Assembly: GCF_006345805.1 (NCBI RefSeq)
Contig: NC_042997.1
Span: 12,276,001-12,340,000 of the forward strand
Source of the DNA: Octopus sinensis
Lineage: Eukaryota
Direction of reading: 5' to 3'
DNA length: 64,000 nucleotides
The notes under the pieces are model-generated. The model was not told the origin of the DNA, ran no database searches, and worked only from the letters and a program-made list of their open reading frames with translations. The translations under genes were made by a program, and so were the position numbers. Positions 41,591 to 56,680 of this stretch are shown piece after piece (positions within the stretch are counted from its first letter, which is position 1; each line of letters starts with the position of its first letter).

Positions 41591-42415
41591 TGGAGGGTTT
41601 ATTATGAAATATGCTATTATTTCCCCTGTGGAACATCACAAAGGTTATGCACCATATATTTCGTCGATTTCTCAATTGATACAGCATGACATGCGTATAT
41701 AGTTAGGTAGATAGCTGGAGAAATAGATAGATAAATAGATAGATAGATTCATACATACATACATACATACATGCAAACATAAGTACATACATACATGCAT
41801 ATACTGACTCACACACACGTACACACACACACACACACACACGAGTTGCAGCATGTTCATTTCACTTGATTCAGTTTAATCTATGTCCCTTTTGTATTTC
41901 TTCCTGCAATTGGCTGTGTGTCACTCTTCTTTATCCTAGTTTTTTTTATCGTCCCCCATCGGCTCACTTTCTCGAAATCATCAATAAGGCATATCCTCGT
42001 ACTCCTCCTTCTTCTACTCACCATCATCATCATCACTACCACCACCATCCCCTTCTGCTCATCATCATTATCATCAACGTCTACAACTACACGTATTTCC
42101 TTCGGCTGTATCTATTTCCCTTTCGCTTTCTCTCTCTCTCTCTCTTTCTGTAAGCCTCAGTCTCTCCTTTCGATAGCATCTTCCTCACACAAAGTTTCTC
42201 CCATTCACTTTATTTCAGTTTTATTCATTATTTAAATTTTATTCTTCAGGTATTTTACACATATGCTTCGAATCCTTATAGCTAACCTGATTAAGCACTC
42301 GCACGCGCACACAGAGAGACGCATACATAAGCGTATTTATGTATCACTACATAAATATATATATACATGCGCACACACATATATATATAAACATACATAC
42401 ACACACATATATATA

Positions 42416-42499
<84 letters not shown>

Positions 42500-42758
42500 C
42501 TTATGTATGTATACACATTCATACATACACCGTTTTCATTCAGCTTCTTTCCTATTTTAAACATTTTAAAACGAAGCGAAAAATGTATATTTTTTTACAC
42601 TGGATTAATTTTTCCTTGTAAGTAGAAATGCACTTTCGCAGACACAGAATAAAACATTTTTTTTTATTCTCTACATGATTGAAAACCATTGCTTTTCCAC
42701 ACAGCTTCAGTTTTCTCTCTAGTATTGCTTTTCACTTTCTTTTTGTTGCTTATTATCA

Positions 42759-42851
<93 letters not shown>

Positions 42852-43857
42852 GCTGCTGTTGTTGTTGTTGTTGTTGTTATTATTATTATTTTCTTCCTTT
42901 TATTTTTGTAACATTCTCTGAAGAGCGGTGTCGTTATTATTTGTCTGGGGCGACATATAGAAGATGAAGTGAAAGAAGTAAAAGGAATAGAAGAAGTAAA
43001 AGAAAAAAAACAGTAAAAGAAAGAAGGGGAATGATGAAAGATTAAACAAATGCATAGCAGCATCAGAAGAATATACAATGATGTGCCACAAGACATGAAA
43101 TGCTGAGATGAGAAAGTAATGACACAACTCTGAAAAGTAAACTTTCTTCCTGAGAGGAAAACCACTCAAACTTTTCAACAAGATTCAAGGAAAAATTCAA
43201 TGAGAAAATAAGAATAACACTACGAGTAGAATTATTGTTGTTGTTGTTTTTGTTGTTGTTGATGTTGTTGATATTATTAATATTGCTGTTGTTATTGATA
43301 ATCATGACAATATGCATGCGAAAAATAACGATAATAATGATGGCTGTGATGACGACGATGATGATGATGACGATGGCGATGATGATGATATTGATAATGT
43401 TGATGATGACGATGATGATGATGAGCATGATGATTGTGATGATGATTAAAAATGGGTAAAAGAATAACGATAATAGAAGAACGATATTGACAAGTATGAT
43501 GATGATGATGATGACGACGACGACGACGACGATGATGATGATAACGACGGCGATGATGCTGCTGTTGACGATGATCATGAGCATGAATAAAGATAACGAT
43601 GATGACGATGTTGATGATGATGATGATGATGATGATGATGACGACGACTATTATGAACAGGAATGTGGAGAAGGATAAGGAGGAGGAGGAGGAAGGAGAG
43701 AAGGAAGAGATTGATTTGGTAGCGAGAGAGCGACAGAAAGAGAGAGAGAGTGAGAGATAGTGTATGCGTATGCGAGTGTCTGTGCGTTTGTGTGCGATTG
43801 TTTGTGTGTGTGTGTGTGTGCGTGTGTGTGTGTGTGTGCGTGCGTGCGAGTGTGTAT

Positions 43858-43892
<35 letters not shown>

Positions 43893-44159
43893 TGTGTGTA
43901 TGTGTGTGATAAATATTGTTTATAAGGAAACGATATTGGAACTTGCTTATTATAGATGATGTGTATGGTGATGCTGCATTGAAATAACATTAGTGACGGC
44001 GGATGGCTGCGATGTTGGTGCCTCTGCTGCTGCTGCTGCCTCCGCTTGTGCTGCTGCTGTGCTGCTGTTTGTGTTGGTAGTGGCGATGCTATAGCTGTGT
44101 GAGGTGTGGGGAAACAAAAATAATTGGCAGTCACTTCCCGGGGCGATATCATATGAGTA

Positions 44160-44166
44160 TGTATAT

Positions 44167-44225
<59 letters not shown>

Positions 44226-44245
44226 CATACATGCATATATATGTG

Positions 44246-44318
<73 letters not shown>

Positions 44319-44319
44319 G

Positions 44320-44418
<99 letters not shown>

Positions 44419-44450
44419 GTATTATATATATATATACATGTATATATATG

Positions 44451-44484
<34 letters not shown>

Positions 44485-44620
44485 TGTATATATATATGTA
44501 TATATATGTATATATATGTATATGTATATATATATGCATATATATATATATATAGACACACACATATATCATATATATATATATTATATATTATATATAA
44601 TATATATTATATATATATAT
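44160..44620. repeat. ~460-bp compound (TA)n/(TATG)n array
   Basis: Direct reading. Source of several spurious YI-repeat ORFs, including the 426-aa one. Confidence 0.95.
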
Positions 44621-45060
44621 CATTTTCTTGTTTTTTTTCTTTGCAGTGTCTTCCTTTTTGCATTGTAAAGTTCGTAGCCATTGGCAATTCTGACAGATCC
44701 TATGATTTTCTGAACATATTAACAGGTGCCTGACGTTTGAAACCGTACGTGTCGCCACCTGCTATCTACTCTAAGTATGTTAATTCTATGACAACTACAT
44801 TTACGAACTATGTGTTTGTATGTATGTACGCATGTACATATGTGTATGCATATATATGTTTATATGTAGCTGCATGTCTACGTTTGCGCGTGTGAACGTT
44901 GGGGAGGTATGTTTGTGTATATGCCTGTGATGATGAAAATATGTGTGTTTCTGTTTTGTTTCTTTTACGATACTAAATGAGTATTTCTTAAACAAACAAC
45001 CAGAAAACAGCTGTTTTGTTTTTCTCCTTTTATAAATATTTTTATTCTTCATTTGGCAAT

Positions 45061-45118
<58 letters not shown>

Positions 45119-45716
45119 GGAATTTTCTTTGTTACTTAAAAAAAAACATAACATTTTGCGCGAATATCTAAGTAACAAATAACAAATAAAAACGAAAGTA
45201 AATTTTAAAATGTTTCTCTGTTCTTCAGTTCTCTTTCAATTTAAAAAATAATAATCTTTCTTGGAGAAGCTCAATTGTAGTAGCGAATGGATATAGCATT
45301 GAAGTAAATGATTGTACATTGCTACTGGCGGTCTTTGTTAAATCACGTAACCCGACGTTTAACACTACATGTCCTCGGATTCCAGAGTATTCAAGATATA
45401 CTTATTTCTGTTGTTCTTGTAAACTCTTGGTGCAATAGACCTTGGAAGAAAGTCATATCAAATATGACCGTGTTGACTGTTATTTTTTGATATACGGCAT
45501 TTTGAACTAATGCAACCAATATGTATTGGTGCAGTGCGGCCAAACGGTTAAAGAGCTCACTTCGCGAGGTTGACATTCCGGATTCGATCACATCGCGTAG
45601 TACCTTGTATGCAGCCTCCAGTAAACCCATAACTCGGAATTGAAATTGCGCAGACAGAAGCTGTATTGAAAACCATTGGATTGATTGAAGGTTTAGTTTT
45701 GTTATAGTGTGTACAC

Positions 45717-46016
45717 GTTCCTTTCTTCTCGAGCCATGCTTGGCTCATAGGACCGGTTTCCCGGTTTCCTTGGCGTATAGGTTCCCCACCTGAACGGGAC
45801 GCCGGTCCGTCGCAGGTGAGCTGCAAGATGCAGGAGGAAAGAGTGAGAGAAAGTTGTGGCGAAAGAGTCAGCAGAAGTTCGCCATTACCTTCTGCCGGAG
45901 CCGAGTGGAGCTTGGGTGTTTCGCTCATAAACACACACATCACCCGCTCTGAGATTCGAATCTGCGATCCCTCGACCGCGAGTCCGCTACTCTAACCACA
46001 AGGCCATTGCCGCCAC
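45717..46016 (-). mobile_element. SINE family C head with alternative tail 2
   Basis: Family C-like head; tail tgcagctcacctgcgacggaccggcgtcccgttcaggtgggg...gaaaccggtcctatgagccaagcatggctcgagaag. A second copy is at 50600-50835 (+, internally deleted). Confidence 0.8.
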
Positions 46017-46539
46017 GTGTACACGTTGATACTGTCTGGGAATTACAACTGAATCTTCATCATCGACATGATGGAAGACTAGCCAACCTTGCAAAAAGAT
46101 ATCCACCTGGACGGACTTTGCTTTTTATCCCTTCAGGGTCGATAAAGTATGGTAGCGACCAGGTAATGAGTCGAAAGTGTCAGTTAGCTTCTTCCGACGA
46201 AATTGTCTGCTTTTAGCTTATTCAAGCCTTGTGCCTATGATAGAAATAATTATCATTGTTTGTAAGGCGGCAAGCAAGCAGAATCGATCGCTCTCTGACA
46301 AAAAGGTTAGCGGTACTTATCCCTGTTTATTATGTTATAACGTCAAATTCCAGCGATTGACCCACTACACCGTCCTACACGAAAGAGTAGTGGGTCATTA
46401 ACGTAAGGCATGGACGTAGACTGTGAGTGACTAGAGGAGGAATGATAACCAAGTCGAGATGGCAAAATGATTAGAGCCATGAGCAAAATGTATCCTATCA
46501 TCTAAAGCACGCAAGACAATTCCATTTTATACTGTAAAG

Positions 46540-46762
46540 ACAAAGCCACGAGCTCACAGAATGGTTAGCACCCCGGTCTAAATGCCTGGTAGCAATGTCT
46601 TTATTTTCTGAGTTCAAATTCCGCAGAGATCGACTTTACCTTTCATCCTTTCGGGGTCGATAAAACTACTACCAGTTTAACACTGGAGTAAATGTAATCG
46701 ACTTACTCACCACTGTCCTCGTCCCGGAATTGCCAACCTTATATCAAAATTTGAAATCAGTA
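46540..46762 (+). mobile_element. SINE family B, variant tail
   Basis: gttagcacccc...ttctgagttcaaattccgc...ctttcatcctttcggggtcgataaa...caaaatttgaaa. Confidence 0.75.
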
Positions 46763-47010
46763 TTATACCCTAAACACACACACACATACATACGTACGTA
46801 CACACACATCCACATTGATTACGCATTGTGTGAAGATCGTCAAAGAAAATATTTTACACTATTAGTTAAATTTCCGTGTGTTTAGAGCTCAAAACTTACG
46901 GATTTATTTCTGCCACATTTCTGGAGACAACTACACAGAAGAGAAGAAGGATTTAATTGAGTATGCACTGCGGTTTCTGTTCAACCAATTTTAGCAGTTA
47001 CTGTTATATA

Positions 47011-47578
47011 TTGGGTTGTACGGAAAGTTCGTGCCGACTTTTAAAGGAAAGTAAAAGGTCAATAAATACTTGCCATTACGTTTTTAATCAACCAAATATA
47101 AACCATTTTGTGGCACAATGTGTCTCCATCTATCCTTTAACTTGAAAATACCACCTTCCTAGAATTTAGGCGGTTTCATGGCAAAGAATTCAACAAGGTA
47201 TCTTTTTCCGTCATCCAAGAAAATTGAAATTTTTACCATTAAGACTATTCTGCAGAGACCTGAATAAGTAGAAATCTGAAGGAGCAATAATTGGTGAAAA
47301 TGGAGGGTGGGGTAACACATCCCAGCCGGGTTGCAGCAATTTTTGTCTGGTTCCCAAATCATCAAGTGCCGAAAAGGAACATCTTTGTCTTCCATTTTAA
47401 AGGGTTACAGAATTAACACAATTTATAGGAACATAAACCTTCTTCCACGAAAAGACAGCTTAAATTGTGCTCTAAATGGAGGTGTAGTCAAATCCTATTT
47501 TATGGACTCAACCATGTTCTAAAATAAGTCGAAAAAGCAAGCTACTATAAATCGGCACGAACTTTCCGGACAACCCAA
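47011..47578 (-). mobile_element. 568-bp internally deleted mariner (non-autonomous), intact TIRs and TA TSD
   Basis: TIRs ttgggttgt(a/c)cggaaagttcgtgccga at both ends, TA at 47009-47010 and 47579-47580. The minus strand joins MEDKDVPFRHLMIW directly to RQKLLQPGWDVLPHPPFSPIIAPSDFYLFRSLQNSL... Confidence 0.9.
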
Positions 47579-47589
47579 TATATATATAC

Positions 47590-47710
<121 letters not shown>

Positions 47711-48235
47711 GCATACATATGTATGTGTGTGTGTGTGTGTCTATGTATGGCGAGAGAGAACGAGCGGTGATTTATTAATAGCATAGCATGTACAAGACAT
47801 AATCGGTAAAAATATTGGGAAGAATATTGACAAAAAAATTAACAATCGATAACCCAGTTATAAGAACATAGACTTTTAATATAATATTATGCACTTTAAT
47901 ATATGCAAACTTCTCGAAGCAAATGAATTGTGCTAAATACCTATATATCTCATGGTATTTGTACGAATTTTGTTTTCCATGTAAGCTGCAGGTGAAATTT
48001 CAGATTCAGCCTGAAACTCACAGATCACCTACTGCAAATGCACAATTGCTGTACCATATTCCTTTCCCAGATTTATATCTCATATTTGCTATTTGTAAAC
48101 CGTATGTTGAGTTATAGTTATATTTCATATTCCATTGCTTTCAACGAGCGATGGTGTCTTCCTTTGCATGCAGTCAATATTTCAAAGCATTTAGGCGGCC
48201 AGCCGATAGACTTTCAGGGTCGATAAAATAAGAAT

Positions 48236-48590
48236 CAGTTGTTAGTTAGTTAGTTAGTTAGTTAGTTAATTTGGCTCAAAAGCAAATAGCAAGGCCATGT
48301 AGGGGGACATGGAGTTAAGTACAGGGTGGTGTTCATGTAAAGAGTTCAGGCCACTTGAGGTCCAGGGAGGCTTTGAACAAAGCGGTCGTCGGCATCTTCA
48401 CCATCTCGTCTGGCAGCTTGTTCCACGGATCCGCAACCCGGACGGAGAAAGCTCCTCTCCTTCGATTGAGATGAAATCGTCGCAGGTAGAGCTTTTCGGA
48501 ATGACCCCGCAGCCGACGCTCCGGAGCGTTGTGTACTGGAGTCAATGTGAACAACTTATTTCTTCCCCGAAAATACTGGCCTTGTACCAA
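48236..48590 (-). mobile_element. 3' end of CR1-type LINE family 2, nested in a SINE B copy
   Basis: ORF 48333-48590: RGHSEKLYLRRFHLNRRRGAFSVRVADPWNKLP...; (TAAC)n tail. SINE B pieces at 48185-48236 and ~48570-48605. Confidence 0.85.
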
Positions 48591-49589
48591 AATTTGAAAT
48601 TATTATTTCAAAACATTACTTTCTCACATCAGATTTTCAGCAGTATAATTTCCAGCTACTCTTGCTCAAAGTCATTTAGTTCATTCCATCAGCGTTTATT
48701 TGCTTCCCATCCCTTCCGAGGTGTCTTTGTGGGTGGCTGAAATCAACTTTTTACCAAAGTTCCCTTACATTTCTCACAAAGCAAAAGCCATTTTTTTTCA
48801 CCCTACTGCAGTGGTTTTCTTACAGTATTACAGTCGAAGGACACTTCCTAGACAAATTTCTAGGCGAAGTCACGAACTACCGCCTGCCAGAAGGCTTTTA
48901 TAACTGCAATTATAATCAGAGAAGCAAATCATACCCTTGTTAATCACAGTATTTGGAAATTAGTCTATTTCATAAATTACAGAATGGACGTTTTACCACT
49001 TTCCAAAAGAATTTCCATTAGCTTAATGGAATTATTCTACTCAAACACAATACATGTCCAAAACGGTGGCTTTGCTGGCAAAACTCCTGCTACCTTCCCC
49101 AACTGTGCAAAATATGCATTCTACAATCCTCCAGTTAAAAACTTCTTCCACAGATCCTTTCAGATACCCATTCGCTAACCGCGCACAAATTAAGTACAAA
49201 AGCTAATCTGAACCAACGAAGTGCATACAAGTGATGGCTGGAACTTTTAAAAATACAAGTCAAATGTCATAGAGTAACATCCTTAATGAATTATATTAGA
49301 TAATGTACTGATAGTTGCATAAAAAGACATAAACGCACGTGAGTGCACACACACACACACACACACACTCACTATATCTTTGTCGTGTATCTGCCCCAGA
49401 TTTACAAGCTGGCTAGAGAGTTCCTTTCTGCCGTTCTATCGAATTTGAGAACATCCTTTATTGGAGACATAATAACGTTGTTTCCTTTAATGTTATCATA
49501 AGTCAATCACTGCAAATATTAAAGAAACAGTTCTCCATCTTCTATTATTAAATGAGACAAAATGCGTAGTGAAAGATTTATGGTATGTA

Positions 49590-49794
49590 CTCGTTTACTC
49601 TTTTACTTGTTTCAGTCATTTGACTGCGGCCATGCTGGTGCACCACCTTTAGTCGAGAAAGTCGACCCTAGGACTTATTCTTTGCAAGCCTAGTACTTAT
49701 TCTATCGGTCACTTTTGCCGAACCGCTAAGTTACGAGGGCGTAACACACCAGCATCGGTTCTCAAGCGATGCTGGGAGGACAAACACAGACACA

Positions 49795-49863
<69 letters not shown>

Positions 49864-50052
49864 ATATATATATATATACATATATAGGACGGGCTTCTTT
49901 CAGTTTCCGTCTGCCAAATCCACTCACAAAGCTTTGGTCGGCCTGAGGCTATAGTAGAAGACACTTGCCCAAGGTACTACACAGTGGGACTGAACCCGGA
50001 ACTATGCAGCTGGTAGGCAAGCTACTTACCACGCAGCCACTCATACGCCTAT
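49590..50052 (-). mobile_element. SINE family A, full length
   Basis: Complete head, body and tail. Possible TSD tatgta. Confidence 0.9.
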
Positions 50053-50599
50053 GTATTTGTTGAAGGAAAGCAAAGAAAAGCATCAAAAATGCTCCAAAAG
50101 ATTCGAAATCCGCTTCAGTATAACACAACTTGCAGTAAATAGCTGCTAAGTCTCACTCATAACATATTCTAACACCTTCAAGATTGTAGAACACGTTGGA
50201 TAATACAATCATGAAACTGCAAGATATGGATGACGCCCCGGAATGCCTTTAATTATAAGGCTGCTTAATCAAGTCTGTTCTGGGATAAACAATAAAAGGG
50301 GGCGAAAATTCGAAATGGGGATCAGCGTAAGACTTTCGAGGTTTCATTAATTCTTATGATCAAATTTACGTGGCAAAATTTCTTATGGCAAATTTAGTTG
50401 CTGACCATCAAGAAAGTTCAAGTAAAGCCTATATCGGAACCCTTTTATGAAAAGCGTGCGGCCACGATGATAGTCAAAAGAAATTAATTCACAAAAATTT
50501 ATTCCTCATCACACAATCACATTATATATTTATTTTGCTCTTCAGACATTGTTATAATAGTTTCTGCACCTCTGAATTAGCTATCAGCATATGCATATG

Positions 50600-50835
50600 T
50601 AGTGGAGGCACATGGCCTAGTGGTTAGAGTAGCGGGCTCGCGGTCGAAGGATCACGAATTCGAAGGTAATGGCAAACTTCTACTGACTCTTTCGCCACAA
50701 CTTTCTCTCACTCTTTCCTCCTGCATCTTGCAGCTCACCAGCGACGGGCCGGCGTCCCGTTCAGGTGGGGAACCTATACGCCAAGGAAACCGGGAAACCG
50801 GCCCTATGAGCCAGGCGTGGCTCGAGAAGGAACAA
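50600..50835 (+). mobile_element. SINE family C head + tail 2, internally deleted
   Basis: gtggaggcacatggcctagtggttagag...; tail nearly identical to 45717-45860. Confidence 0.8.
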
Positions 50836-51385
50836 ACAACGACAACATATAGATATGTAAAACAGTAAAAATCTCCAGATTGTGGTCTATAGTGAACAGC
50901 GCACAAAATCGCAAGGTAATGATGTTATAAAATGCAATGTCCATGAAGCGAGAGACTCGAATGAGACTGGTTGCATGGTATAAGATAGCGAATGACATCA
51001 CTGAATGTCAGAAGACACACACACACACAATAAAAAAACAATAACTTAAACTTGTAAATTCAAATTAAATGATACAACAGAATGAAAAGGGAGAAGACTC
51101 TGGAGCAAGATCTACCAAAATTATTCTGCAATAGCTGTGATCATAATTGTACCAACATATTTTGTCTACTGACCTACGAAAGAGCGATGAAGCCTCTTTA
51201 TATTTGAAACAAATCATTTTCTTTCACCAAGCCATAATTGTTTACGAGTGACATAAATAAATATGATATAAAAATACATCCTTCGTCTTATTCAATTAAA
51301 TTGCTGTCTACCATGAAAATGTTACGATTGGTACCAATGTAGGAAATTCAGTGTTCTAAACAAGCGTGTGAGCGAGCGGAGACGA

Positions 51386-51457
<72 letters not shown>

Positions 51458-54022
51458 GTGATCTAGGAGGCTCTGTGTATGTATTTTGTGTGTGCGTTGT
51501 ATGTACGTGTATCTTTGTTTTTGTTTTTGTATATGACTTGTGTGTGTATCTGCGTGCCTGTATATCATGCATTGTTCAAAACTAGCGTGTATTTTGCTAA
51601 AAGCTCAGTCGACGCTGGAGAATAGAGCGAGAAAAGCCAAATACAATATTTGCTATGCTTAAAGATAAGGTTTCCTTTAGAGATTAAGACCATGGTAAAT
51701 GCATAAAATTACTTGAAGCAGCTTTAGATTGTAAAGGCATAATATCTCCAAGACTTCGGTCAACATTTCTTTTTTCTTTTTACTGTCTATAGCAGATTGT
51801 GTGGCAACTTCAGAGTAATCGATATGTAAGTGATAAATTTTTTATTATCTATAGCTTGAAGCGAATACAGATGGGAGGCAAACGTATTTAGGACCGCTTG
51901 ATGAAACGGTGAGATAATATATGAATTAAGATATGAAAACGTACGCTTCCAGGAAACAATTTCATTAGGATATATATCTTGAGAAAGTCTGATAAAAAGT
52001 TATAATAAAACCGATAAAAAAATTTGTTATTCTGGGGAGAAACAAGCGATAATTAATGTTAAGTGTAAAAGATATGGTACAGAATTATAAAATATGAAGC
52101 AATGTCATGCGATACCGTGCTATGTTATGTGATCAGTTGCATCTACATATAATAACTGTGACACGTACAACAGAGCATTTGATTTGGGAGTATAATAATT
52201 GTAGAAAAGTGCAGATTTAATTAGCTTGATAAATAAACAGATAACCGGATACAAGTTGAGATACACAAATTTAGTTGTAATTATTGTTTTATTTAGAGTC
52301 GGGTTAGCTCTGATAGAGCTCATATGCGATGAAGGGCCTCGGCAATTCCGTTCTGTTTTTATTTTTAGTTTTATTATAGCAATATCTACTGCCTTTAATG
52401 AGTTTCTTTCAAATTGAAGAACGTATTGGCGTGATTTCCAACAGGACGAATAACCACTTCATAAGAAGCATTTGCTACTTAGACCCAGATCAGCAATTAT
52501 TATACAGATTGTGACCAAATGCGTTCCAACTGTGACTTTGAGAACGTTCTTATACAATTATGTGTTCATTCACCTATAATCATATACATATATGTTATTA
52601 CTATAAATATTTATCTTTGACGGCTGCTTATTTATTGAGCAGCCATTTAATTATAAGAGTTTGCTTGTTCTATCAACTGAACTATCATCTGATTTAACGC
52701 GTGAGCGGCTGAGCATTCCGCAGACACGCATACTGTATGCATTGCAATTCCTAAGAAAAATCAGTTAAGTACGTCATTGTTTAATATGGCTGTGCCTTTT
52801 GAATTACAAGTAGAATCCAGACGACAAGGTTCTGTATAGTTTCCGCATATCGAATTTCGCCCGCAAAATATGTACCAATACTACAAAGTTCAAATTCCAC
52901 CGAAGTCAACTTTGCCTTTCATCCTTTCGGGTTCGATTAAATAAGTACCAGTTGCGTACTGGGGTCATCCTAATCGACTGGCCTCCTCCTCTTGACTTGG
53001 CTGTATGAACAATGTAGCTCACTGAATCCGGTAGCATCATATGGCAGAAATATTTTTGTTTCTTTAATCTCCTTATATCGACGAAGGTACAGATAGCTGC
53101 AGTTTTGCGGTAACGCTGTATAATCCAACTTTTATGAAGTCAGCTGGTAGATAAAGCCTCTCACGTAGAAACTTGCTATTCTCTTAATTGTTGGCAATAC
53201 ATTTGGAGAGGCGATAAAAGACTCTGTTAGTAACACCAAACTTTGACCATCCGTGTTAGGCCGCAGTTGTCAGTGTTAATTTCCTCCTCAACGTCAGTCA
53301 ATACCCCTTATTAAGGAATCGCTGTGTAGATACTGCAAGCCTCTCATTTACCTCTTCCTGACCAATTTCAATGCAAAAAAATTGTATCTGTCATTTTGGA
53401 TAGATACTTAGACAGACACAAAAAAAAACCCCATCTAAACAGATTGATTGATAGGCGCTTGAAGATATGTTTATCGATTTTGACAAATGTCGAACTTGCT
53501 GTATATCCGGCTTAGTAGCTATTCAACTACATATATGAATTTATCAAATAAATAAGGGGTTGATTTCTACGAAAAAACAACGTTTCTTCATTGGCATGAA
53601 ATTGGTAATAAGTGCATATATTTCTTGCTGGACTTCAAAAAGTTCTGAATATTTTTACTACTCTTTTGACCAATTAAATTTCTAGAATACAGGTTATGTT
53701 TGTTTCTTAATGATCTTGCCTGTTGAAGAAACTATGCTATGTTGACCGGGTCTATTAAGACCGAATCAGGTTCGTTACATCCTGTAAGTAGTTTACAAAA
53801 TAGATCCCCTCCTGTGTTGAACTTTATATACTTTCTAGAAATCCAGTTAACTGATAAGATAGAAGTTATTTCCATGTTTGATATTTTAGATTTAAATATT
53901 GTTATATGTAGTTTCTTTCTACAGATACCACTGATAATTTCAATTTATTGAAGGATTTAACGAGGCAAAAGAGAGCCTCTAGTATATATTTGAGTGTGTG
54001 TTAGTGTGCGTTTGTGTACATG

Positions 54023-54076
<54 letters not shown>

Positions 54077-54154
54077 TAATCAGAGAGAGAAAGTGGGAGA
54101 GGCCATATATACGTACACACGCACACACATATACAGGCAATATATATTTAGATA

Positions 54155-55380
54155 TCAGGTTGAGTAAAAAGTAGTCAACCGGATTTTTGCTGAGTTTTGA
54201 AATTTTTCACACACTTTTTTGAAATTATCTGATAATAGACATGGGCTTGCCCAAAGGTATTAATAAATTAACATTGATATATTTTTCACTGTCGTTACAA
54301 TCATCTCAAATGAAACTGTCAAAGCGCGATATTCGAGCAGTTTTGCTATCCAACTTCAACAAAGGACGTAAAGCAGCTGAAACTGCTTGCAATATCAACG
54401 AAACATTTGGTGAGGCAATGACCAGTGAGCGGTCAGCTCGAAAATGATTTAAACGATTTCGCATTGGAGATCGTAAGCGTAGTGGATGACAATCTGCCAT
54501 CGATGACGTTCAATTAAAGAACGTCATTGAGAAAGGTCCACGTATAACTACTTGCGAACTGACAAAAGAAATTGAAATTAGTCAGAACATTGCTTGCAAC
54601 CATTTGCATGCGATTGGAAAATCAAATAATCTCGACAAATGGGTACCACACGATTTGAATGAAAATCAGAAAACGCGCAGATAGGAAATATGCTCGTCGC
54701 TTCTTCTCTGTAACCAAACCGATCCATTTCTTGACCGTATTGCACCTTGCGATGAAAACTGGATTCTGTACAATAATTAAAAAAATGTTCTTCGCAGTGG
54801 TTGAACCAAAATGAAGGACCGAAAACCTTACTTAAACCTGAGCTCTTCAAAAAGAAGGTTATGGTGAGTTTTTGGTGGTGTACTGCTGTGCTCATCCATT
54901 ATAACTTCTTGAAACCCGGAAAAACCATTACTGCAGAAGCATATTGCCATGAAATTACCAAAATGAACGAAAAACTGCTACTCCTCTGTCCCAGACTGTT
55001 CATTCTTCATGACAATACTCGACAACATGTTTCACCAACGATGCTCCAGAAGTTGAGGTAACTTGTCTACAAAGTTCTTCCCCCACCCAGGTTATTACCC
55101 AGACCTCTCTTTCCTACCGACTGCTACTTTTTCAAGCACCTTCATGGTTTCCTGTGAAAGGAGTTCAAAAATCAAACCGATACTAAAAGTACTTTCAAAT
55201 AGTTCATCAGCTCCAAAATTCCTGATTTTTATGTTACCGAAATAAAGAAACTTGTTATTCGTTGGCAAAAATGTGTTGATTGTAACGGTAATTACCTTCA
55301 TGAATAAAATGTCCGCATTGTTGAAATATATTGTGAGGAATTCATGTTTCAAAACGTTGCTAACTTTTTACTCAACCTAA
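54155..55380 (+). mobile_element. Full-length (1226 bp) degenerate mariner (DD34D) with TIRs and TA TSD
   Basis: TIRs tcaggttgagtaaaaagtagtcaac / gttgctaactttttactcaacctaa, TA on both sides. Relic protein MKLSKRDIRAVLL..., WVPHDL, CDENWILY, KKVMVSFWW, LHDNTRQH, GYYPDL; multiple stops and frameshifts. Confidence 0.92.
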
Positions 55381-55437
55381 TAGATAGATAGATAGATTGA
55401 TAGATGGATGGATATATATATATATATATATTATAAA

Positions 55438-55559
<122 letters not shown>

Positions 55560-56119
55560 GGATAGATAGATAGATAGATAGACAGACTGACAAATGGATA
55601 GTGTCTTCTGGGGTTTTTCCTTCGGCCATAATAATCGTTTCATTTAGAGAATGCTCTCATAGAAATGGTCTGGGTTGTACTGTAGCTAAAGAAGCAAATA
55701 ATATGCGAAGAACTCTTTAGCTACGTCATTTTTACAGCAGGAATTCAAGGTTGGCTTTGTCATTATTCTTCCGGGGCCGATTAATTCGGCTAAGTTAACT
55801 CAAACGAAAATGTATTGCGTTCTGACAAAACAAGACATTGGTATTCACCCACAGGGACATCCTTCCGATAGACAGTATTATGTGTCTAGTAGCATCTACT
55901 AGTATGTCTTCTGTATTCGCCCATATCTTTCTCTCTCTCTCTCTTCATCTTTCTTACCCTTCTCTATCTATCTGTCTATGTATGTATGTATGTATGTATG
56001 TATGTATGTATGTATGTATGTATGTATGTATGCATGTATGTATGTATATATGTATGTATGTATCTATCTATCTATTTGTCCGTCTATCTATATATTAGTT
56101 TCTCTCTCTCTCTACCTGA

Positions 56120-56678
<559 letters not shown>

Positions 56679-56680
<2 letters not shown>

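Noticed and set aside
43292-44733. Long ORFs (426, 209, 189 aa) and similar YI/VC/LSIY/poly-I ORFs throughout the track
   Set aside because: They are translations of (TA)n, (TG)n, (TCTA)n and (AAT)n arrays, which lack stop codons in some frames; no protein-like content.
55682-55724. 11-bp perfect inverted repeat gtagctaaaga/tctttagctac
   Set aside because: Isolated short hairpin with no family, TSD or other context.
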